Notes: generated by a model not told the origin, from the letters alone. A stretch of DNA of 64,000 nucleotides from Candidatus Thorarchaeota archaeon (GCA_019057475.1 DXJO01000007.1:1-64000), one strand, 5' to 3'. Positions 39,101 through 48,728 are shown, counted from the first letter of the stretch. Numbers and translations: made by a program.

Positions 39101-41218
39101 TCAAATCCAATCTCCGGTTTCCAGCTTCGTAGGCAAGTACTCGTCAGTCAGATACTTGAATGAATGGCTAGCAAAGGCCTGTATCTCAGCTTTCTCCTTC
39201 AATTGCAGCATGAGCTTCAAGTCCCTGACCCAAGCTTTGTTCTTCTGGATAAAGGGCTCCTTGAGCATATCCTTTACTCGCTTGATGTCTGTTGGCTCCA
39301 TTGGTATCCGAACAGCCTTTGGAATATTGTACGCGTCAAGGTCTCTGCTCAGGACACCAAGCAGTTTCAGCTCGGGGGTGGCTATGAATGGTGACTCGTA
39401 ACTGAGCCTCTTGCTGCCACGGAGAAACACCGAGTAGATATAATGTCCGTACGGATCTGAGTCGACAAGGGCGAAAGCAGGAATCTCAAGCTCCTTCACA
39501 AGCGTCTTAAGGAATGCTCTTGTTGCGATGTCACCACTACCTTTTCCTGTAAGGACAATGCACGGTTGTCGGTTCCAGTACTTGGCTTCAGAAAGGCGCA
39601 TTACGGCAGCATCCTTCTCGGAAAGTAGGATGAATTCTGCATCGCTTTCGAGAATTTCTACCTGATCGAGGAATGGTGTGATTGCCCACCCACCTGTACC
39701 CATCTTCGTCAAATCAATAGTGTCGCCGCCATCTCTTATGACCACACGGCCCATGGCTGATCCTCGGGCTGAAGCAACAACATGGACACTGTCTCGAGTC
39801 GTACGAAGCATAGATGCGACATCCTCAATGATCTTATCGCTATACTTCTGTTCCCGAAACAGGTTAACGTCACTGTAGAATACCTCTCGTTTCGTTGCGT
39901 GTAGGTTGGCCTTGAGCAACTCGAATACTATCTCCATTACTCGAGCAGTACGTGTGGCATCTACGACGGAAGCCAATGAATGATAGGGACGCGTGATGGT
40001 CTTCATTCCGAGGAGGAGAAGGTCTCTAATCTCGTCCCAGATGATGTTGTCTGCGGATCTGCGAGGAATCTCAAAAGCAGGGCGACCTGTCATCATAGTT
40101 TCGTTGAGGACCTCCATAGCAACTTGGATTAGCTTGTCCTGTGTTTCATCGGTTGTCAGACCAACAACTTGGACTGTGTCCTCTGTTGTCAATTCGCCCT
40201 CTTTAGGTTCCGCCCCACCTGCGAGAGCCTCAGCTCTCTTCTCAGCTTCCCTCCACTTCCTCTTCATCTGCTTGGCAACATGAGTGACAGCCGCAGGGAC
40301 GGGAAGGCCTGATTTTTTCTTCTTCGCTTTCGTCCTTTGAAGCTTCTTTGGAATCTGCTTTGCATCTTCTTCCATTGGTTTCTTCTTGGTTGGTGCCTTC
40401 TTGGACGCAGCTTTCTTTTGTGGAGCCTTCTTTTTGGATTCCACTTTCTTGGCCGCAACTGCTGCCTCCGTAGGAACCTCCTCCTTGGGAGCCACGGGTC
40501 TCTCCACGGGCTTCGGTTCTACCTTGGGAATAGCCATACCAGTTATTGCCTGCATCTCCCTATCTTGAACAGCCTTCTTCGCCGCGACAATTATCATCTT
40601 CGCTCGATTAACGCTCAAGCCGCTCACAAGTCGGGCAACACTTTGCGGACGTGCTCGCGATAATCGGGACACAGAATTGTAACCTGAGCCCTCGAGCTTG
40701 CGTACCATTTTTGCACCCACCCCTGGCAGAGAAGCAAGAGGAATCTCAGCGGGGCCTCGTGTGATTTCCACTGCTGCAGCATCCTCAGGCTCAATGTCCG
40801 CTACAGGCTTCGATTTGGTACTCTTCTCAGGCACCTTAAGAGATTCCTTTGCAGCCCGCACCAAGTTCTTCGCACCCGTCTTACTTAATCCGTTCACTTT
40901 CTTCGCAACGCTTTTCGATCTGGCTTTTGAAAGCTTGAGAACAGAGTCATATCCTGCAGCTACAAGTCGGTTTCTAAGCTTGGACCCAACACCTGGAAGT
41001 GAAGCCAGTGGTGGACCTGTTACAACTTGCGGCTCTTTCTTGACAGAGGGCTTTGCCTTAACCTTCTTAGCAAGTGCCTTCCTCTTGGTTGTCTTTGCTG
41101 AGGATTTCTTCTTGGTAGTCTTCTTCTTGCTAGTGGTTTTCTTGGAAGGCTTTTTTACAAGCTCACCCAATGTAGATTGGATGGTTTCCTTTTTTCTAGT
41201 CTTCTTTCTTGGACTCAT
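39101..41218 (-). CDS. top6A: DNA topoisomerase VI subunit A with a long N-terminal Lys-rich/HhH extension
   Basis: TKREVFY (catalytic Tyr), Toprim SEKDA, TGKG, DSDPYG..I, KAEIQA in the C-terminal ~355 aa. Confidence 0.93.
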   Translation of the reverse strand: MSPRKKTRKKETIQSTLGELVKKPSKKTTSKKKTTKKKSSAKTTKRKALAKKVKAKPSVKKEPQVVTGPPLASLPGVGSKLRNRLVAAGYDSVLKLSKARSKSVAKKVNGLSKTGAKNLVRAAKESLKVPEKSTKSKPVADIEPEDAAAVEITRGPAEIPLASLPGVGAKMVRKLEGSGYNSVSRLSRARPQSVARLVSGLSVNRAKMIIVAAKKAVQDREMQAITGMAIPKVEPKPVERPVAPKEEVPTEAAVAAKKVESKKKAPQKKAASKKAPTKKKPMEEDAKQIPKKLQRTKAKKKKSGLPVPAAVTHVAKQMKRKWREAEKRAEALAGGAEPKEGELTTEDTVQVVGLTTDETQDKLIQVAMEVLNETMMTGRPAFEIPRRSADNIIWDEIRDLLLLGMKTITRPYHSLASVVDATRTARVMEIVFELLKANLHATKREVFYSDVNLFREQKYSDKIIEDVASMLRTTRDSVHVVASARGSAMGRVVIRDGGDTIDLTKMGTGGWAITPFLDQVEILESDAEFILLSEKDAAVMRLSEAKYWNRQPCIVLTGKGSGDIATRAFLKTLVKELEIPAFALVDSDPYGHYIYSVFLRGSKRLSYESPFIATPELKLLGVLSRDLDAYNIPKAVRIPMEPTDIKRVKDMLKEPFIQKNKAWVRDLKLMLQLKEKAEIQAFASHSFKYLTDEYLPTKLETGDWI

Positions 41219-43284
41219 TCTGTACCGCCCTCCATTGAAGCCTCAGCGGGTTCACCTTCGCCAAGAGATACGTCTGCAACAAGATCGGTTCCTTTTGCGT
41301 CTGTCTCGGTTTCCTCAGCGTCGACTTGTGTTTCAAATCCAGTTATGGAATCCCTCATTTTTCTGGCGAGTACCTCAGCATTGAACTTGGGCTTCTTGTG
41401 ACCATCATTGACTATGTTGGCTAGACTTTGAGCGAACTGGTCTGCGTACATAGCAAGGATTCCCGCTCGCTTTGCTTTTCGACGGGCAGTTTCACGCCTT
41501 GTGATGAACCTCTTGAACTTCCGACCTGCATCTTCAAGGGCAAGTTTGATCTCTCGTAGAAGAACCTCATCCTCTGCTAGAGCCTGCTTACTCTGACCCT
41601 TGAACATCACATGCACATATGCACCAGCCACATGAATGAAGACCATTATTTGACCGCGAGGAATGCCATTATCGAATGTGGCAACCTTGTAGTTCTTCCA
41701 ATTGACCGATGCTGTGCTTTTCCACGTCGCGCAGTCACTATTGTCCCTAAGCTTGGGCACGCGATTCACAAACCGCCAAAGCGCCATTGGGGCTGAAGTG
41801 GCAGTCCTCAGCTCCCCACCATACGCGATACAGACTTCCACTGCGAAGGAAAGGCCCTTACCTGAGGTGGGTTTGCGTGTCACAGCAGTGACGAACTCAG
41901 GACGGTAAGCTAAATCAATTGTTTGCTCGAAGACCTCAGCTCCGACTGGTACAACTGTATCCGTCGGAGGAGAGATGTAATCCTGACTTGAGAATGACTT
42001 GTACAGTAGCTCCACTTCTGTCTTGGACAGAGAATCAGCAGGCGTCTTCATGCTCAGAGTATCAAGGTGACGGCGCCGTAGTTCCTTATTCGCGCCTTGA
42101 ATGATAGTTCGGGCCTTGTTTATGCTTAGTCTAACAAACGCCCGCGTGAGGAAGCGCCCTAGGTCGTTCTCCTGGGTTTCCCGCAGAAGGTCCTGAAATT
42201 CTCCAATCCGTATACTTGCAGGATGAGGCTGAGCATACTTGGGCTCATCTGGGAAACTCCTCACACGCCGTGGATGGATATGAACAGCGCCGTATGGATC
42301 AATAAACACAAGTGTTGCGTGCGCGTTGAGAAGAGAAGCCATCTCTGTGTAGATGTCAGCGTAACCCCGTCTATACTGGATATTTAGGTAGTAGAGTTTG
42401 ATGAATGTACCGTGCTCAAATGGAAGGTCCATATCAATGGGACCACTGACGTAATCCTTTGTATTAGCTGTCGTCGTATAGAAGTCAGTTACAGTCGCTT
42501 TATCCGAGGTGAACCGCTTGGAAACGGTGAAGATTGGTTTTCCAGTCGTATTCTGCGAATCACTGAATGCAGATGGTGCACCGAAGCCCTGACTTCCTCT
42601 GGTTTGCTTCAATTTCTCCGATTTGCTTGATGCCAGATAGATACCATACTTCTCGAGGTCTGACGGAACCATACCCACACCATTGTCGAAGCAGATGAAT
42701 TCGTAAACCTTGAAACCCTCCTCGTCATCGAGTGGTATAAGGTCAGGCATTTGAACTTCCGTGAGCTGCATCACGACTAGGGGTTCACGTTTCTTGATCA
42801 AACTCCTGAATGGAACCAAGAACTTCCTAAACCTCGTGAGCTGCTCATCAAGCGTTTCTTTTCGGCGGAGGGGGATATCTATTTCCTTACCAGCGCGAAC
42901 ATCCTTTTCTAGCCGTTTGCTGAGAGCAATCGAGTCATGCAGGGTCCCCTCAAGCTTGTCCCGAATCTCCTGAATAATCTCCGGGTCCAGTGCATCTTTG
43001 AGCCGTGGTCTTTTATCTGTCTTCCACCACCAGCTCTCCAACGCGTCGATAGCATTGTCCAGGAACTCTATGCTAAACTGGGTGTGTTTGTTGAGTCCCG
43101 TTTCGAAGCCTACCAACTGAGTTCTCTTTCGCATGAACTTGGCAATCGTGCCTTGGCGAATGTCGCCTGTGTCGTCCATAATGGGGACATCTACTGTCGT
43201 CTTCTTGCCACTACTTGACTTACCAGCGCTACGCTTCTTTTTCTTGCCAGACTTGGTGCGTCCAGTCTTCTTCGAAGGACTCAT
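41215..43284 (-). CDS. top6B: DNA topoisomerase VI subunit B
   Basis: GHKL motifs EFLDNAIDA, DNGVGM, QTRGSQGFG, HGT; PHP; RFVNRVP; K..SKQA; overlaps the top6A start. Confidence 0.93.
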   Translation of the reverse strand: MSPSKKTGRTKSGKKKKRSAGKSSSGKKTTVDVPIMDDTGDIRQGTIAKFMRKRTQLVGFETGLNKHTQFSIEFLDNAIDALESWWWKTDKRPRLKDALDPEIIQEIRDKLEGTLHDSIALSKRLEKDVRAGKEIDIPLRRKETLDEQLTRFRKFLVPFRSLIKKREPLVVMQLTEVQMPDLIPLDDEEGFKVYEFICFDNGVGMVPSDLEKYGIYLASSKSEKLKQTRGSQGFGAPSAFSDSQNTTGKPIFTVSKRFTSDKATVTDFYTTTANTKDYVSGPIDMDLPFEHGTFIKLYYLNIQYRRGYADIYTEMASLLNAHATLVFIDPYGAVHIHPRRVRSFPDEPKYAQPHPASIRIGEFQDLLRETQENDLGRFLTRAFVRLSINKARTIIQGANKELRRRHLDTLSMKTPADSLSKTEVELLYKSFSSQDYISPPTDTVVPVGAEVFEQTIDLAYRPEFVTAVTRKPTSGKGLSFAVEVCIAYGGELRTATSAPMALWRFVNRVPKLRDNSDCATWKSTASVNWKNYKVATFDNGIPRGQIMVFIHVAGAYVHVMFKGQSKQALAEDEVLLREIKLALEDAGRKFKRFITRRETARRKAKRAGILAMYADQFAQSLANIVNDGHKKPKFNAEVLARKMRDSITGFETQVDAEETETDAKGTDLVADVSLGEGEPAEASMEGGTE

Positions 43285-43561
43285 TCTAATCACTCCGTAG
43301 GCTTCATTGGTTCAAGCCCTAAGATCTACATTATTTCGTGGATAGGAAAACGAGCGTCTTCCCCACATAAAGCAGTTCTCTGCTTCTAGTAATCGTGGAA
43401 TCTCCATTATGCCTATTAGGCTTTTGCCGGTATACATGCTTGTAGAAGCATTCTGGTCCTTCTGGAGCACTCCTCCGATAGAGTGGGTTTCTTCCAGAGA
43501 AGTGAACAACAAACAGAGGATTTTTCCGTGTTACAGATACCGGGGGGGCCGAGATGAAGCA

Positions 43562-44317
43562 TTGAACAAGCAAAGTATCTCCATCATGGCCCTGGTAGGT
43601 GTCCCCATCATTGATTATGGAGATGATGTTGCAGATGCTATACTCAATGCTCTTGAACCCTCAAACATCCAGCTGCTGGATGGAGACCTGGTCATTATCG
43701 CTCATACAGTCGTTTCGAAGTCCGAAGGGAGAGTTGTGCACGGTGACGAGGTGTCAGTGTCAGGCAAGGCAAGAAAAATAGCTGAACAGAATGGCTTCGA
43801 TCCCGTGCAAGTCGAACTGGCATTGAGAGAAAGCAAGGAAGTGATTCGGAGTGAGGGAACTCTCATTACTGAAACCAAGACTGGACTTGTATGCAACTTC
43901 AGTGGGGTTGACCGTTCAAATGCACCCGAGGATTCGTATGTTCTTCTCCCTGAGGATCCTGACCGGAGTGCAAGAGAGATTTTGAGGAAGCTGACTGATG
44001 CAACCAGCGTCAGATTAGGAATTGTCATAACCGATACACAAGGAAGACCCTGGAGAAAAGGGTCCGTGAATCTTGCAATTGGGTCTGCAGGGATTAACGC
44101 ATTCAAACACAATAGAGGGAAGCAAGATCTCTATGGAAGAACTCTCAAGAGATCTACTGTCTGTCAGGTGGACGAGCTGGCAGCATCCGCGGAACCCCTC
44201 ATGGGACAGGCAGACGAGGGGATTCCAGTTGTTATCATCCGGGGTTACGAGTATGAAGATGGTTCAGAGAGCGGTAGAGATATTCCTCGCCCAAAGAGCG
44301 AGGACCTCTTCCACTGA
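43562..44317 (+). CDS. cofE: coenzyme F420-0:L-glutamate ligase
   Basis: P.I..GDD, DGD.V.....VSKSEGR, GVD.SN, LLPEDPD.SA, ITDT.GRPWR.G, DLYGR.L, DELA, MGQADEG.PVVIIRG. Confidence 0.93.
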   Translation: MNKQSISIMALVGVPIIDYGDDVADAILNALEPSNIQLLDGDLVIIAHTVVSKSEGRVVHGDEVSVSGKARKIAEQNGFDPVQVELALRESKEVIRSEGTLITETKTGLVCNFSGVDRSNAPEDSYVLLPEDPDRSAREILRKLTDATSVRLGIVITDTQGRPWRKGSVNLAIGSAGINAFKHNRGKQDLYGRTLKRSTVCQVDELAASAEPLMGQADEGIPVVIIRGYEYEDGSESGRDIPRPKSEDLFH

Positions 44318-44329
44318 CGAAGGATCGTC

Positions 44330-45022
44330 CTAGACCGGTTGCCCACACTTGCCGCAGAACTTGGAACCCGCAGGCAGTGGTTGGCCACACTTCGTACAGA
44401 ACCCGCCGCCTCCCTCTGTGGGCACGTGGATGTGGATGGTTTCGCCCCCGCCTTGAGCTGGTGCTCCTCCGCCGCCTTCGAGTGGCGCTCCACACTTTGG
44501 ACATGTTGTGGCATTGGGAGCAGTTGTACCGCAATATGGGCACTTGCCTTCGTTCTGGGCAGAATTGACATTTGCAATGACAGAGGGAATGACCTTGCTC
44601 TGCTTGAACTCAAACTGCATGTTTCCGCCTGATTTGAGCTCGACTATCAGTTTCTTACCGCTCTGAGTTGCTTGACTGATTGCCACAAGCGGGAGGGCGA
44701 TGGTTTCCGTATTTCCGTTCTTATCCTTGTTGTAATAGGAATCCATGGTCCATGAAGAGACCGCCACGCCAATGGATGCATAGGCTACTGTTCGGCCAGC
44801 ACGCCGAATCGCGCGTCCGGCAACGCCGCCAATGCTATCTCCAATTATGTCAGCGGCTATAGCTCCACCAACTGCAGCAGCGATTCCTCCGAACTTTCCC
44901 ATGCCGCCCCATTTCGAAGGCTTCTTGATCCATACGATGCGAACATCGGTGAGCTCGAGTGAGCCATCCTCACCATCAAACTTCACATCTTTTTCTCGTA
45001 TCATCTTCTTTTCATAGTTCAT
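44330..45022 (-). CDS. PH-like domain with a glycine-zipper insert and two C-terminal zinc ribbons
   Basis: G.L.LT..RIV (PH-like), Gly/Ala-rich segment, CPYCG..CPKCG, CTKCG..FCGKCG; start at MNYEKK. Confidence 0.75.
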   Translation of the reverse strand: MNYEKKMIREKDVKFDGEDGSLELTDVRIVWIKKPSKWGGMGKFGGIAAAVGGAIAADIIGDSIGGVAGRAIRRAGRTVAYASIGVAVSSWTMDSYYNKDKNGNTETIALPLVAISQATQSGKKLIVELKSGGNMQFEFKQSKVIPSVIANVNSAQNEGKCPYCGTTAPNATTCPKCGAPLEGGGGAPAQGGGETIHIHVPTEGGGGFCTKCGQPLPAGSKFCGKCGQPV

Positions 45023-45212
45023 GGTCGTGAGACCAGAACCCGAATAGGTCACTGTTAGAAAGCCAGGTCGTTCTCCCAAGTTTAACACCGACCGTTTCTT
45101 GATATCAAATGATTTTAACTTTGCTGAGGATGAACTACGGAACTGCATGTGACAATCAAATCATATCGTCGACCTTCCCACCAAGGAAGATCTAGCAGTT
45201 CGCACTTAGTGA

Positions 45213-46724
45213 TTACTCCTCCATGGGTTTATCGTCGAATACTTCAGTAGGCCACGACTCCGTGAATTCTTCCGAAGACTTGTCCCCGAGCACATCTGAT
45301 TCCATCGATGGTGTCGCCCAAGTGTCCTCTGTAGGGATTGGTTTTGGCTGGGCAAGTCCGTGTCTAATCAACAGCACACCCACTAAGGATACGATCGCTA
45401 TCCCCGTTAGTGTCAACGGAAAGCCATACATGGGAACGAGCATACCAAATAGTGCGATCTGCGGAATGGCAAAGACAATCGCTACGGTTGGAATGAGCGA
45501 GTAGATGCTGTTACGAATGCGATTCGGAATGACATCCAGGAGCATGCGTTGTGTGAGAATCTCTGCAAATCCGCCAAAGAAGCTCGTAGCGGCAAATGTG
45601 ATGAAAGCAAGGACAATAGGGATGATCGATTGCTGTGGTATGCTCACTATGATCAAGTCGGTGAAAGGCCACAATACATCAATTGTAGGCGCATTTGCCA
45701 GCGGCGGAGGAAAGATATAGGTAATTGCTGCAAGGATTCCAAAGAATAGGAAACCACACGTTTGAAGGAGACGAAAACGGGGTATCCATTTGATGGGCTC
45801 AAATCGTTTTGACCAAATGCCTGACCGCTCCCGTGCTGCGACTCCTGGCAAGAATAAGAGTGTACGATAGCTTGCTACTGCTACGTCGGTAATAAGGTAG
45901 CTAAAGTAGAAAGGAAAGAGAATCAGATTCCCCCAAACCATTATGCTGCTGATTGTTAACATCCCTCCGATGATAAGGTATTTGACAAACTTATCACCGA
46001 ACAGGAAATTCACTCCGGACCTGAGTATTGACAAGTATTCACTTGTGGAAGGGCGTTTCTCTCGGGCTTCTCGAACCTCTGGGAAGTCCACTACATATTT
46101 GAATACTGCAATTGCTACCACCACACAGAGGACAGCCTGGAGCTGAAACACCCAAGCCCTCTGAAATAGCATGGCCAGAATGCTGCCAGGAATCAGTGAC
46201 AGCGTCGCGACTATCCCAAAGACCATTCCAATCCGACCTTGAAAGACACCGTACTGTTTTCTATCAGTGTCCTCAGGCATCGCCGCCCTGTAATTATTGT
46301 CAAACCAAGCACCAAATGCTCCACTCTCTTGCGCCGATGCGAATCCTTGTAGTGCATAGATTACAACCAGAAAGAGGAATGGAGTCGAGCTGGTGACCAG
46401 CGACACCATATAGAATACGACACCATATAGAATGAAGGCTGAAGAGATTATATATCGCTGGCCAAGCCAGTCCCCGATCCCTCCTGTAGGATAGTCGAAA
46501 ATTGTTTGTACCGCCAGCTGAATAACTACAAGAACACCTACCAAGCCCATACCCTGCATAAAGTCGCCGCTCCCCAGAGCCTCTGCTATGAAAATGACGT
46601 AAAACGTTGTTGAGAGCATGACCGTCACGGAAATTATGGGGAAGAATACAATCATGAGCCGAGCCATTCTCATTATCCTATCGTTGGGTTCAGTGAAACC
46701 AAAGAAGTTCGCTAATCTACTCAT
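45213..46724 (-). CDS. MFS transporter
   Basis: DYPTG.IGDWLGQR (motif A-like), SGAF.AWF, IPN.IR..IYS; about 12 TM. Confidence 0.9.
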   Translation of the reverse strand: MSRLANFFGFTEPNDRIMRMARLMIVFFPIISVTVMLSTTFYVIFIAEALGSGDFMQGMGLVGVLVVIQLAVQTIFDYPTGGIGDWLGQRYIISSAFILYGVVFYMVSLVTSSTPFLFLVVIYALQGFASAQESGAFGAWFDNNYRAAMPEDTDRKQYGVFQGRIGMVFGIVATLSLIPGSILAMLFQRAWVFQLQAVLCVVVAIAVFKYVVDFPEVREAREKRPSTSEYLSILRSGVNFLFGDKFVKYLIIGGMLTISSIMVWGNLILFPFYFSYLITDVAVASYRTLLFLPGVAARERSGIWSKRFEPIKWIPRFRLLQTCGFLFFGILAAITYIFPPPLANAPTIDVLWPFTDLIIVSIPQQSIIPIVLAFITFAATSFFGGFAEILTQRMLLDVIPNRIRNSIYSLIPTVAIVFAIPQIALFGMLVPMYGFPLTLTGIAIVSLVGVLLIRHGLAQPKPIPTEDTWATPSMESDVLGDKSSEEFTESWPTEVFDDKPMEE

Positions 46725-46882
46725 TCAGTCATTCCTCCATGGATTTCACCCTCTGCCTTGGAAACCGGAATTGAAAGAGTTAGGCCAAGAATCCTTAAGA
46801 CTTCTTGCATAACAGGAAGTCCAATTGACGGATGCCACTCAACTAGTTTCTTTGAACTCGAAGCGGGAATCATTCGTATCAT
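46721..46882 (-). CDS. putative 53-aa small ORF translationally coupled to the downstream MFS gene
   Basis: MIRMIPASSSKKLVEWHPSIGLPVMQEVLRILGLTLSIPVSKAEGEIHGGMTE*; fills most of the intergenic gap; the stop overlaps the MFS start (ATGA). Confidence 0.35.
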   Translation of the reverse strand: MIRMIPASSSKKLVEWHPSIGLPVMQEVLRILGLTLSIPVSKAEGEIHGGMTE

Positions 46883-46916
46883 TCTCCACTAGGTGGTTAG
46901 GCGGCCCCCAAGGGAG

Positions 46917-48356
46917 CTACTCCGCAGGGACCGCCAGTGAGATAGACTCTGTTTTGGCTATGTCGTCGTGCTTAGCTGGAATCGGGTAGCTTAGACCTTT
47001 CCGAATCATGACAACTCCGATCAAAGCCACGATTCCAACAGATGCTAGAGTCACAGGAAAGCCAGCTGTTGGTATTAGCCAGCCAAACAGCGCAATCTGA
47101 GGGATTGCGAAGATTGTTGCTATTGTAGGAGATAGAGAGTACATGCCGTTCCTGATCTTGTTCGGGATTACATCTAGTAGGATTCTCTGAGTTAGAATCT
47201 CAGCGAACCCACCGAACAATCCAGTCAGCGTGAATGTACACATTATCAATAGCACTGGCAAAACTGAACTAGCTGGCATCCGCATAATGGCAATGGTTGT
47301 GAAAGGTAGAATCACATCGATGATTGCCCCACCTGCGGCAGGGGGAAAGAGAAACATCGTGATTGCCAACACAATGTAGAACAAGAAACCTCCGAACTGA
47401 AGGAGTCGGAACCGCGGAATCCATGTCGTTGGATCGAATTTCCTAGACCAAACGCCAGATCTTTCCTGTGTGAAGATTCCGGGAATGAATAGAATTGTTC
47501 TGAAACTTGATACTGCGATGTCTGAAACCAAATACGAGAAGTATAGAGGGAAGAGAATCAGCTCAAACCATACGAATCCTGCGCTCCATATAACGCAGCC
47601 TCCAATGGTTACGTACATCATGAACTTATTACTGAACAGGAAACTAACTCCAGACTTCAGTAGCGATGTGTACTCGTTCATGGTCGGCTTCTGTCTGGCA
47701 GCCTCTACTTCAGGGAAATCCTGCACCAGACGAAGCACGATTGCAGCTATGACCACGCACAACACTGCTTGAAGCTGGAATACCCACGCCCTGCCGAGAA
47801 GCGCTGCGATGATGCTTCCAGGTATCAGAGCTGCAGTTGCCACGATTTGGAAAAGCATTCCGATTTTTCCCCAAAACACGCCATACTGCTTTCTGTCCTT
47901 ATCACCAGGCATCGCTACTCTGTAGTTATTATCAAACCAAGCATTGAATGAGCCACTGAGCTGGGAGCTTCCAATACCCATCAAAGCATAGAGAGCAATC
48001 AGGAAGACGAAGGGAGTGGTGCTATTAACCAGCGAGACCATGTAGTATGCAAGGCCATAACAAAGGAATGCGGACGCTATCACGTAGCGTTGACCAATCC
48101 AATCGCCTATCGCACCTGTTGGGTAATCCAACAAGGTCTGGACGACCATCTGAATGACGATCAAAAATCCTACGAGCATCATTCCGTCAATGAAGGAGCC
48201 ACCGCCCAAGGCCTCCGCCACGAAGACCATGAAGAAAGTGGTGCTAAGCTGTATTGTAGCAGCCACAACAGGAAGCAGCATAGACATTATCTTAGCTAAC
48301 CGCAGGATCTTATCGTTTGCGTCAGTCAATCCAAAGAAGGTACCTAGTTTGCTCAC
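46917..48356 (-). CDS. MFS transporter, paralog of 45213-46724
   Basis: Same motifs (DYPTGAIGDWIGQR, WFDNNYR.AMP.D.DRKQYGVF.G). The GTG start at 48356 follows GGAGGTG and aligns with the paralog N-terminus. Confidence 0.9.
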   Translation of the reverse strand: MSKLGTFFGLTDANDKILRLAKIMSMLLPVVAATIQLSTTFFMVFVAEALGGGSFIDGMMLVGFLIVIQMVVQTLLDYPTGAIGDWIGQRYVIASAFLCYGLAYYMVSLVNSTTPFVFLIALYALMGIGSSQLSGSFNAWFDNNYRVAMPGDKDRKQYGVFWGKIGMLFQIVATAALIPGSIIAALLGRAWVFQLQAVLCVVIAAIVLRLVQDFPEVEAARQKPTMNEYTSLLKSGVSFLFSNKFMMYVTIGGCVIWSAGFVWFELILFPLYFSYLVSDIAVSSFRTILFIPGIFTQERSGVWSRKFDPTTWIPRFRLLQFGGFLFYIVLAITMFLFPPAAGGAIIDVILPFTTIAIMRMPASSVLPVLLIMCTFTLTGLFGGFAEILTQRILLDVIPNKIRNGMYSLSPTIATIFAIPQIALFGWLIPTAGFPVTLASVGIVALIGVVMIRKGLSYPIPAKHDDIAKTESISLAVPAE

Positions 48357-48475
48357 TACAAGCACCTCCGCTCATGACTGCCATAGAGAACTGCCGTGAC
48401 GCGAGTCCCCTTTGGGGCAAATACTGCGCATTCCACGCAGGCTGCTGCATCTGTCGGTGTTGTTTCACTTCTCAT
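48356..48475 (-). CDS. putative 39-aa small ORF with CxxC, coupled to the MFS start
   Basis: MRSETTPTDAAACVECAVFAPKGTRVTAVLYGSHERRCL*; RBS-like GTGAGGT upstream; TAG overlaps the MFS GTG (TAGTG). The frame could extend to 48562. Confidence 0.4.
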   Translation of the reverse strand: MRSETTPTDAAACVECAVFAPKGTRVTAVLYGSHERRCL

Positions 48476-48567
48476 TTCGTAGACCTCACATTTCTTTGGA
48501 CTGGTCACACTATATCCCGTTGATGGGCAATGGTGCCCAATTCTGTGACCACTCGTGACCATGCAGT

Positions 48568-48669
48568 TTACCTTCTGTAGGCAAAAGCGTAAGAAACCGC
48601 TTCAGTAGACTGAACCTTTGCGATCTTCTTCAGCACGGATGAATCTCGATTGTTTGATGCTAGGGCCAT
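48568..48669 (-). CDS. 33-aa small peptide (paralog B)
   Basis: MALASNNRDSSVLKKIAKVQSTEAVSYAFAYRR*; GGAG RBS; 25/33 identical to the peptide at 48821-48928, with many synonymous differences. Confidence 0.8.
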   Translation of the reverse strand: MALASNNRDSSVLKKIAKVQSTEAVSYAFAYRR

Positions 48670-48728
48670 ACTATCATACTCCTAAGTTTGTGTGCCAAAC
48701 CTTTCTGTAGTCCATGGCTTGCACATAA

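Noticed and set aside
40698-41384. 228-aa hydrophobic plus-strand ORF
   Set aside because: Antisense shadow of the Lys-rich top6A codons, which give Phe/Leu runs
43409-43561. N-terminal extension of CofE
   Set aside because: It is not CofE-like and spans the divergent promoter region; TTG 43562 fits the family start
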